IMG/VR virus record: IMGVR_UViG_3300025141_000030
Length of the DNA stretch: 64,000 nt
Reading direction: 5' to 3' (one strand)
Source of the DNA: a virus
How positions within the stretch are numbered: position 1 is the first letter of the stretch; every line of letters begins with the position of its first letter. Both the position numbers and the translations under genes were made by a program. Below are positions 1-7,029 of the stretch, in pieces. The notes under the pieces are model-generated. The model was not told the origin of the DNA. It made no database searches and was given only the letters and a program-made list of their open reading frames with translations.

Positions 1-129
1 GTGCACGAGCGTGGCCACGCCGATTGGTTCTTAGATTCGAATGAGGCCCTTAAACACAATTTGGCAAACCATATTGGAACTCCGCGACTAGAGGTTGAGG
101 TTGGGATTGCATTTAATTTTTATGCATAG
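1..129 (+). CDS. 3' end of a probable ClpP-like protease (partial)
   Basis: Frame 1 reads VHERGHADWFLDSNEALKHNLANHIGTPRLEVEVGIAFNFYA* (TAG 127-129). DWFLDSNEALKHNLANHI resembles the ClpP C-terminal D(W/Y)xxxxEAxxxGLxDxI segment. Only 42 codons are visible. Confidence 0.5.
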   Translation: MHERGHADWFLDSNEALKHNLANHIGTPRLEVEVGIAFNFYA

Positions 130-131
130 CA

Positions 132-159
132 TGTAAAAACTCTTTCCTTGCTGTATTAT
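132..159 (+). promoter_or_regulatory. Class A promoter candidate TGTAAA-N16-TATTAT
   Basis: TGTAAA 132-137 and TATTAT 154-159, followed by an AAGGAG RBS and ATG 178. The same architecture recurs elsewhere in the window. Confidence 0.65.
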
Positions 160-177
160 TCAAGTAAGGAGTGAGAA

Positions 178-606
178 ATGAAAGATTGGATACCTCCAAA
201 ATCTCCACACGGCCTGATCCAGGAAGATTTATGGCCAGACCCGTGGAAAATTTTAGTTGCCTGCCTGCTCTTAAATCTAACGACTCGAAAGCAGGTTGAC
301 AAGGTAATTGATGGGCTTTTTGAACGATATCCAGCTCCCAGAAGCCTTGCCACTGCGCAAGAGGAAGATCTCCATGGCATGCTTCGCTCGCTAGGTATGT
401 GGCGTAAGCGTGCTAAGACATTGATCCGGTTTTCTAATGAATTTTTAGAAGCAGACTGGACAACCGCAAAGGACCTTTATGGTTGCGGGAAGTATGCTGA
501 CGACGCGTGGCATATTTTTTGCGTGGGAGACTGGCGGCAGGTTGCGCCCAGTGATCACGCCCTAAACGATTATCATAATTTTTTAAAGGATGAATTAGAT
601 GCCTGA
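178..606 (+). CDS. MBD4-type HhH-GPD mismatch (T/U:G) DNA glycosylase, catalytic domain only
   Basis: PPKSPHGLIQE..DPWKILVACLLLNLT, GCGKYADDAWHIFC and DHALNDYHNFL parallel the eukaryotic MBD4 glycosylase domain (PPRSPFNLVQE..DPWKLLIATIFLNRT..GIGKYGNDSYRIFC..DHKLNKYHDWL), including the catalytic Asp position. Confidence 0.85.
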   Translation: MKDWIPPKSPHGLIQEDLWPDPWKILVACLLLNLTTRKQVDKVIDGLFERYPAPRSLATAQEEDLHGMLRSLGMWRKRAKTLIRFSNEFLEADWTTAKDLYGCGKYADDAWHIFCVGDWRQVAPSDHALNDYHNFLKDELDA

Positions 607-1408
607 GGGTCCCGAGTGTCGTCAAATCGGTATCCAGCTCGCGAAGAGGGTCTCGAATAGAAAGCTGGTCGATATTAAGATACTGAGCGGCCGCTATGAG
701 AAGCACGGCCCACCCACTGGCTTTGACAAGATAATGGAGTGGACTCCGATTGGAATTCAAGGGGCCGGGGTACACGGTAAGTTCTTATTCTTTCTATTGG
801 ACGCCGAGTGGAGCATTTGGTCTACGTTAGGAATGACAGGTTCATGGACAAATGAGAAGAATGAGCTGCACAGTCGCATTGAATTTGTCTTAAATGACGG
901 ATCAATATTTTTTACTGATTCTAGAAATTTTGGGACCCTTAAGTTTGTGCGGGGAAAACAGCAACTTATTGACAAGCTGGAGTCCTTAGGCCCAGATCTT
1001 CTTGCTGAGGAGATTGATGACTTTAAATTTGCTGAGCATCTCATGAGAAAAAAGACAAAGACAATCGCTCAGGCACTTATGGATCAGGGCGTTGTGTCTG
1101 GTATCGGCAACTATGTAAAAGCTGAAGCGCTATACAATGCTAAGATATCGCCTCATCGCTTAGTGTCAGATTTAGATATACATGAGATGTCTGCACTAAA
1201 TACGTCAATTCGAAAGGTCCTAGTTGAGAGCTTTGAGTCTGGCGGTGCAACAATTAAAACTTATGCTGACATGAACGGTAAAATAGGAGAGTTCAGTCAG
1301 CGATTTGCCGTGTATGGACAGCGAAGCGATCCGCTCGGCAATGATGTTGTCAAGGAAAAAACAAAGGATGGTAGGATGACACATTGGGTGCCGTCCATCC
1401 AGAGATAA
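599..1408 (+). CDS. Fpg/Nei family DNA glycosylase/AP lyase (zincless type)
   Basis: N-terminal MPEGPE, HGK, LGMTG, DxRxFG and the H2TH motif LMDQGVVSGIGNYVKAE. The C-terminus has GRMTHWVP without Cys zinc ligands. Confidence 0.92.
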   Translation: MPEGPECRQIGIQLAKRVSNRKLVDIKILSGRYEKHGPPTGFDKIMEWTPIGIQGAGVHGKFLFFLLDAEWSIWSTLGMTGSWTNEKNELHSRIEFVLNDGSIFFTDSRNFGTLKFVRGKQQLIDKLESLGPDLLAEEIDDFKFAEHLMRKKTKTIAQALMDQGVVSGIGNYVKAEALYNAKISPHRLVSDLDIHEMSALNTSIRKVLVESFESGGATIKTYADMNGKIGEFSQRFAVYGQRSDPLGNDVVKEKTKDGRMTHWVPSIQR

Positions 1409-1420
1409 AAAGGAGAAAAA

Positions 1421-1648
1421 ATGGCATATAAATTGAGTGATAATGTTTTACGTAGGATTGTTCAGGTGATGCAGGAGGGCCTGCTGACAGGAACCGATAT
1501 TACCGATCACATGAGGATGATTCGACTTGAGGAAAATGTTGATGATACGACCCAGCTTGTTTTAACTGATGAGTACAAGGGGATTGTGGAGAATCAGCAT
1601 GAGACAATGCTTCATGAGATTGAGAATATTAAGACGTCGGAAAACTAA
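1421..1648 (+). CDS. Hypothetical protein
   Basis: AGGAG RBS; coupled to the next gene by a TAATG overlap. Confidence 0.7.
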   Translation: MAYKLSDNVLRRIVQVMQEGLLTGTDITDHMRMIRLEENVDDTTQLVLTDEYKGIVENQHETMLHEIENIKTSEN

Positions 1649-2025
1649 TGAGTGAGGACAGGCTTAATGACCTCTTTGAGATGAGGATTAATTTTATGGA
1701 GGCAATTAAAAAGAGCCCTGTTAATGGGGCACCCCCCTGGCCGCTGGATCTTTCCACAAAGGAGCACCAGCAGTATGTCAGGGATATTGCACTTCGTGGT
1801 GTGGAGGAGATGTTTGAGGCACTCCAGCACCTCAAGAATTGGAAGCCCCATCGCCAGACATCAGTCACTGATTTTGACAAGGATGAGTTTTTGGAAGAGA
1901 TAGTTGACGCCTTTAATTACTTTTTTGAGCTGATTCTACTGGCAGGTTTTACGGCTGATGATTTTTTTGAGATGTATGTTAAGAAGGACAAGGTGATTCA
2001 TGAAAGACTTAAAGCCGGATATTAA
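1648..2025 (+). CDS. All-alpha NTP pyrophosphatase (dimeric dUTPase/MazG/T4 gp56-like fold)
   Basis: EEMFEA...WKPH...EEIVD pattern (ExxE..ExxD metal motif plus the W-K-x-W/H segment of dimeric dUTPases). Confidence 0.75.
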   Translation: MSEDRLNDLFEMRINFMEAIKKSPVNGAPPWPLDLSTKEHQQYVRDIALRGVEEMFEALQHLKNWKPHRQTSVTDFDKDEFLEEIVDAFNYFFELILLAGFTADDFFEMYVKKDKVIHERLKAGY

Positions 2026-2965
2026 TTCATTTAATGGACTTCAGGCCGTCCAGCGTCAGTTTTCAGACCTATTTTTTAGTTCTGACCTCCTATCCGTCGA
2101 TGAGAAGGAGGAGATGACAAGGAGCTTTGCCTTGGCACTTCACAGTGAAGTTAGCTCACTTGTGGGTGAGATTAGTTTTAAGGATCACATAAACTCTGGC
2201 CGGTCCGTAAATACGAAAAAGATCCTGTATGAAAGTGTCGACGCCTTTCGTTATATTTTAGCTATTTTGAATTTATGGGGACATAGTTCTGATGATTTTC
2301 TTAGCGCATTTCAGAATAGGGATTCATTTCTTCATACTAGATTTGAGCTGGATAAGCGAAAATGGGAGGGGCAACCTGTTATTGTTGTTGATGTGGATGA
2401 GGTGATCTGTACGTTCAGAAAGGGATTCACTGAGTGGCTGATAGATGAGAAGGGCATTGATGTCGATGTTAATTCCAAGGAATATTATCACGTTGTGCCA
2501 ATTAAAGGTTCAGGTCATTCGCCGGAGGGCCTTTTTGAGGAGTTTATCGATTCAGGTCATTTAAGGGACCTAGACATCATCTCTGAGACTGTCGGCGTTT
2601 TAAATCAGCTTAAGCTAATGGGATTTTGGATTCACCTGCTGACTGCTCGTCCAGATAAAAACCTGCAGTGCCTCTATGACACTTACTACTGGCTGGAGAG
2701 GTCAGGTTTAAACTTTGATCGAGTTTCATTTTCACCTGAAAAAATGATCTGGCTTACAAAGACAGAATACTTTGAAAGCGAGTCTGTCGTTTGTGCCATT
2801 GATGATTCTGTGAAACACACCATGGAGTATGCAAAGCACGGTGTTAAAGTTGCATCACCTAAGATGTCATACAATAAGGAGCTTCGAAATCAGGAGAATG
2901 TGACAATTTACAAGACATCTCAAGAGTTGCTTGATACAATAACACAGTTATCGGGAATGAGATAG
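2000..2965 (+). CDS. Fusion: MazG/dUTPase-like domain plus HAD 5'(3')-deoxyribonucleotidase-like domain
   Basis: The N-half has ALHSEVSSL..YESVDAFRY (degenerate all-alpha PPase). The C-half has HAD motifs VDVDEVI, LLTAR, K and IDDS. Confidence 0.65.
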   Translation: MKDLKPDINSFNGLQAVQRQFSDLFFSSDLLSVDEKEEMTRSFALALHSEVSSLVGEISFKDHINSGRSVNTKKILYESVDAFRYILAILNLWGHSSDDFLSAFQNRDSFLHTRFELDKRKWEGQPVIVVDVDEVICTFRKGFTEWLIDEKGIDVDVNSKEYYHVVPIKGSGHSPEGLFEEFIDSGHLRDLDIISETVGVLNQLKLMGFWIHLLTARPDKNLQCLYDTYYWLERSGLNFDRVSFSPEKMIWLTKTEYFESESVVCAIDDSVKHTMEYAKHGVKVASPKMSYNKELRNQENVTIYKTSQELLDTITQLSGMR

Positions 2966-3225
2966 TGTCAGGCGACGAACGTGATTATAAGGACCTGTAT
3001 TTTAAGGTCCGCCGTGAGTCTTTCATTGCCCAGGTTGCTTACAGTAAGGGTATTGAGCTGGTGAATCTAATTCTTAATCCTGGATCGATTGGTAGCATCG
3101 AGGACTGTGCTCAGCAGTTTAGGGAATCGATTAAAAGCGCCCAACAGTTTATGGACCAGGTCGATGCTGGTGATACTGAGCTGGCAAATTATTTTGACAT
3201 TAGGGCCCGAGAAGATGCTTCTTAG
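2965..3225 (+). CDS. Hypothetical protein
   Basis: GTG start overlapping the upstream stop; in operon context. Confidence 0.55.
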   Translation: MSGDERDYKDLYFKVRRESFIAQVAYSKGIELVNLILNPGSIGSIEDCAQQFRESIKSAQQFMDQVDAGDTELANYFDIRAREDAS

Positions 3226-3379
3226 CGGCTCCCTAGTCAGTTTTATATTTAAAGAGTCAACCACCCTGGGAGTTGTGCTGGGTGACTCTGAGAAATCTAA
3301 ACAAATGTACCGTGTCTTATATGATAATAAGGTTGGTCATTTTTTTGAAAAACAACTTGAACCTATAGAAGGAGACTAA
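3215..3379 (+). CDS. Small hypothetical protein (possible SH3-like beta fold)
   Basis: Re-started at ATG 3215 (MLLSGSLVSF...); fills the gap between neighbours. Confidence 0.45.
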   Translation: MLLSGSLVSFIFKESTTLGVVLGDSEKSKQMYRVLYDNKVGHFFEKQLEPIEGD

Positions 3380-3380
3380 A

Positions 3381-3818
3381 TTGAAAGTTTACATTGCATC
3401 CCCATTTTTTAACCCCAAGCAGATTGATCAGGTCGAATATATTAAGGAGGCCCTCACCAAGTTGGGATATGAGTATTTTTCACCCAAGGATTATTTTGTT
3501 CTGGATCCTAATGCTACCGCCGAGGATCGAAAGAGGATCTTCGACGTGAATGTCGAGAAGATAGAGTGGGCAGATTTTGTCCTGTGTAATACAGAGGCCA
3601 AGGATCTTGGCACTATCTGGGAGGCTGGCTTTTCTCACGGTATTGGCAAGCCTGTCGTATTTTTTGCTGAGGGACTGCCGGATGGTAAGTTTAATGTCAT
3701 GCTCTCAGAGGCAGGAGTGTCAGTCAACACTTCTAGGGAGCAGCTTTATTCTTATCTTCTTGACTGTCGTGAGCAGGATTTTCTAATTAACATTCCATAC
3801 ACGGGGCAGACACAGTAA
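3381..3818 (+). CDS. Nucleoside 2-deoxyribosyltransferase / Rcl(DNPH1)/MilB-like nucleotide N-glycosidase
   Basis: KVYIASPFF N-terminus, DLGTIWEAG with the catalytic Glu, GKPVV and NVML are hallmarks of the NDT fold. GGAG RBS precedes the TTG start. Confidence 0.85.
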   Translation: MKVYIASPFFNPKQIDQVEYIKEALTKLGYEYFSPKDYFVLDPNATAEDRKRIFDVNVEKIEWADFVLCNTEAKDLGTIWEAGFSHGIGKPVVFFAEGLPDGKFNVMLSEAGVSVNTSREQLYSYLLDCREQDFLINIPYTGQTQ

Positions 3819-4834
3819 TGATGTACAATAAACTAGAGTATGTTTGGATAGACGGCGGCATGCCGTGGGGAATTAGGTCTAAGATAAAGGTCGTGCCTGG
3901 TTTCGATCCTACTTTAGATGATGCCCCAACGTGGAGTTTTGACGGCTCTTCGACCCACCAGGCCACGGGTTCGGACTCTGACTGTATTTTAAAGCCAGTG
4001 AGAACGTATCCTCATCCCTATGCAGAGGATTCACTTATCGTTTTGTGCGAAGTGTTGACAGCACTGGGAGAGCCTCATGTTTCTAATCGAAGGACTGCGT
4101 TCTTAGATGTACTGGAAAAATATCGGGACGATGAGCCTTGGTTTGGGTTTGAGCAGGAGTACTCTATAATTCAAAATAATAGGCCTCTTGGATTTCCAGA
4201 CTTTGGCTTTCCCAGTCCTCAGGGAATCTACTACTGTTCAGTTGGCGGCGATCGATCTTTCGGTCGGCACATCGCTAACGCTCACCTAGATGCATGTCTC
4301 ATGGCGGGAATAAACATTTGTGGCACTAATGCCGAGGTTGCCCCGGGCCAGTGGGAGTTTCAGATCGGGGGTCCTAACATTGATGCTGATGTTGTGTGCG
4401 ACGATATGTGGGTGGCTCGATACCTGCTCCTTTACACGGCAGAGGAAGGCGGACTCACGGTTACTTTTGAACCTAAGTGTGTGCCTGGGGACTGGAATGG
4501 TGCCGGATGTCACACTAATTTTTCTACTAGTAAAATGCGTGAGCCCGGTGGCATGAAATACATAGAGGCCGCCTGTAACGCACTATCGGCCAGGACTAAG
4601 GAGCACCTAAGTAACTATGGAGATGATATTGAACTTCGACTGACAGGCGATCATGAGACCTGTTCATATCGAGAGTTTAAGTGGGGAGTCGCTGATCGGA
4701 CTGCTTCGATTAGGATTCCGCGACAGGCTGCGTTGGATGGAATGGGATATCTTGAGGATCGTCGCCCTAATGCTAATTGTGATCCTTATATTGTTGCCCG
4801 GTTAATGATTAAAACTGTGTGTGACGAGTTATAA
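3818..4834 (+). CDS. glnII: Glutamine synthetase type II
   Basis: EYVWIDG, WSFDGSST, PWFGFEQEY, NAEVAPGQWEFQIG, DWNGAGCHTNFST, RLTGDHET and GYLEDRRPNANCDPY; about 340 aa, as expected for GSII. Confidence 0.95.
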   Translation: MMYNKLEYVWIDGGMPWGIRSKIKVVPGFDPTLDDAPTWSFDGSSTHQATGSDSDCILKPVRTYPHPYAEDSLIVLCEVLTALGEPHVSNRRTAFLDVLEKYRDDEPWFGFEQEYSIIQNNRPLGFPDFGFPSPQGIYYCSVGGDRSFGRHIANAHLDACLMAGINICGTNAEVAPGQWEFQIGGPNIDADVVCDDMWVARYLLLYTAEEGGLTVTFEPKCVPGDWNGAGCHTNFSTSKMREPGGMKYIEAACNALSARTKEHLSNYGDDIELRLTGDHETCSYREFKWGVADRTASIRIPRQAALDGMGYLEDRRPNANCDPYIVARLMIKTVCDEL

Positions 4835-4883
4835 ACTTAATTTAATTTTGATATATTGGTATATCTCGTAAAGGAAAACTAAA

Positions 4884-5816
4884 ATGACAAATTGCAGCAA
4901 CGGATTTATGCACATTGGTGTAGAGCTTCTTGATTCCCCAGACATTCCATTTACAACTTTTTGGAATTGGTTTAGGCAGACGTGGATCAGTCTTCATGAT
5001 GAAGAGTACGACCACACTAATCCAGAGCATATTAAGGCATGCCATGATGTCGCCAACAGAAGGGCACTTCCTACTCCTATGGAGGCGACCACCTTTCAGT
5101 TTAAGGTGACCGGCCTGTCGAGGGTAGCTCTTGCACAGATTACCCGGGGTCGTGTTGGATGGGCCTATAACGTTGAGTCACAGATGCCCCAGCACATTCG
5201 GCATTCTGTGACCGTCCCTAGGAACATCTACGAGCATCCTGAGTTTGGTGAGAGGGCAAGGAATTTGACTAGCCAACTGCAGGGACTTTATGATGAGATG
5301 TACGATGCTGGTATTCCGCCACAGGACTGTCGCTACATGACAATGCACGGCCAACAGACTAGCATGGTTTTTCATGTTAACTACGCTGCCCTTTTGGGCT
5401 ATTTTGCTCGTCGATGTGAAAATGGCCTGACTGATGAACTGAATTTAGTCGGCAGGATGATGCGGCATGCCCTGATCACCACTCACCTCAATTCAGATGG
5501 GACAGACAAAATTCCTGGATCTGGCTGGTCATTTTTAATTGGTAAGCTAGAGGCAATGGGAGGTGATAAGGCTTGCCTTAATAACGACCTTGTATTCGGA
5601 AATACGGGCAGGTCCCCCGCAGCGGGTGCCTGGGTTCCTAACTTACTTGATGGAACTTGTGATTATGACTTCTCTAAGTCTGCCTGGTACTACGAGCTCT
5701 GCGAGCTTCCTGAGCATCTCCTCTTCCCCGGCGAGCAGGAGATGATTAACGATTTTAAGTCTGTAGGATTTATTGGTCGACTCCAAAAATTGGACTCGAC
5801 TGCCAACAATGGCTAA
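4884..5816 (+). CDS. ThyX (flavin-dependent thymidylate synthase)-fold protein with a divergent active site
   Basis: TPME..FQF..GLSRVALAQITRGR..AYNVESQ, YDEMYDAGIPPQDCRY and FARR align to ThyX. However RHR reads RGR and SxRY reads SQMP. Confidence 0.75.
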   Translation: MTNCSNGFMHIGVELLDSPDIPFTTFWNWFRQTWISLHDEEYDHTNPEHIKACHDVANRRALPTPMEATTFQFKVTGLSRVALAQITRGRVGWAYNVESQMPQHIRHSVTVPRNIYEHPEFGERARNLTSQLQGLYDEMYDAGIPPQDCRYMTMHGQQTSMVFHVNYAALLGYFARRCENGLTDELNLVGRMMRHALITTHLNSDGTDKIPGSGWSFLIGKLEAMGGDKACLNNDLVFGNTGRSPAAGAWVPNLLDGTCDYDFSKSAWYYELCELPEHLLFPGEQEMINDFKSVGFIGRLQKLDSTANNG

Positions 5817-6099
5817 GAAAAAGCCAGCACATAAGAAAGCTGAACCGGAGACACAGTGCGGTGTTACAATTGGACAGGTCGTGTGGTGCACACTTTGTAC
5901 CGGTGCTGTAGGTCATGGTAGGATTGTTACTGTTCACCCCTTGAATAAGGAGGGTCCTGCCATGACCATTTATGACGAAATATCTGGTGCCTATCGTGTT
6001 GGCCTGATTGAGACTATAACTCCCGGCCGGCCGAAGAAGGATCAGATTTTAAAATTTATGACTGGCCTTGAAAAGAAGTGTTGCGAGGCGAAAAAGTAG
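5809..6099 (+). CDS. Hypothetical protein
   Basis: Likely start at ATG 5809 (MAKKKPAHKK...), overlapping the upstream stop. Confidence 0.55.
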   Translation: MAKKKPAHKKAEPETQCGVTIGQVVWCTLCTGAVGHGRIVTVHPLNKEGPAMTIYDEISGAYRVGLIETITPGRPKKDQILKFMTGLEKKCCEAKK

Positions 6100-6104
6100 A
6101 GAAG

Positions 6105-6665
6105 ATGCGGGAAAAGCAGTGGGTAATAATTTTTGACGGTCCTGACGGCTGCGGCAAAACTAACATTGCCCAGGCTCTTTCGCAGGCCTTAGGCATTCCC
6201 TACTTTAAAAATACTGACGAACACAGGTATTTCAGGAGCGACCCTGACTATTTTATCCACGCAATTCGATACGTGGACACATATTTTACCTCCTATCTTG
6301 AGACTACAAACAGCTCCGTAATATTAGATAGGGCATGGCCGTCGGAGTGGATTTACTCTAAGGCGATGGGTAGGCGGACAGACGAGAATGTCCTGTTGGA
6401 CCTTGATAAAAGGCACGCTAAATTAGGGACAATTATAATCAGTCCCTTTAGGACCGACTATAAAAACGTTGATGAGCAGTACGATGAGGTAAAACGTCGA
6501 CTGCCACAAATTGATAAACTGTACGAGGAGTTTGCCAAGTGGTCCAGGTGTCACGTTCTAAGAATAAACGTTGACAACGAGGACCTCCAGCACCAGCTTC
6601 ACGTAATTTCAGATTTTCTGCAAATTACAGGTAACAGCGCTGATAAATTCTATTATATTAGATAA
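6105..6665 (+). CDS. dNMP kinase (thymidylate kinase-like P-loop protein)
   Basis: IIFDGPDGCGKT Walker A and ILDR motif of the TMPK/dNK family; likely start ATG 6105. Confidence 0.8.
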   Translation: MREKQWVIIFDGPDGCGKTNIAQALSQALGIPYFKNTDEHRYFRSDPDYFIHAIRYVDTYFTSYLETTNSSVILDRAWPSEWIYSKAMGRRTDENVLLDLDKRHAKLGTIIISPFRTDYKNVDEQYDEVKRRLPQIDKLYEEFAKWSRCHVLRINVDNEDLQHQLHVISDFLQITGNSADKFYYIR

Positions 6666-6705
6666 GTGAGGTCAAGTGAGGCCATGCAATGTCATTTAAT
6701 GACAT
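6664..6705. promoter_or_regulatory. Operator candidate: direct repeat plus perfect palindrome
   Basis: AAGTGAGG occurs twice (6664-6671, 6674-6681). ATGTCATT-T-AATGACAT (6689-6705) lies directly before TATAAT and the HTH gene. Confidence 0.55.
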
Positions 6706-6723
6706 CTGGTATAATTATAGCGT

Positions 6724-7029
6724 ATGAGGCTAAGACAGTTCGCCGATGAATTAGGCATTTCATATTCGACTGCCCTTCGAATGTTTAGGAGGGATGAAAT
6801 TCCTGGTGCGTACAAGCTTCCTAGTGGCACAATTGTAATTCCTGAGGGCGCCATAGTGGCTCTAGGGCAACCCGATTTAGTTTCCGATGGAAACCTTATA
6901 GGTGCCATGGAGATCATTGAGGAGGCCTCTAGGGATGTCTTAGGGACTGAGGATGCCACTGATTTAATGCAGTTAATTCAGCGGGTTCTTGTGGAGTATA
7001 CTGGTGGGATAACTTATGACAGCGATTAG
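6724..7029 (+). CDS. MerR/IS607-TnpA-like HTH DNA-binding protein lacking a recombinase domain
   Basis: MRLRQFADELGISYSTALRMFRRDEIPGAYKLPSGTIVI resembles the N-terminal HTH of IS607 serine transposases. No YARVS catalytic motif follows. Confidence 0.7.
   Translation: MRLRQFADELGISYSTALRMFRRDEIPGAYKLPSGTIVIPEGAIVALGQPDLVSDGNLIGAMEIIEEASRDVLGTEDATDLMQLIQRVLVEYTGGITYDSD

Noticed and set aside
6724-7029. Active IS607 element
   Set aside because: No serine recombinase catalytic domain and no tnpB.
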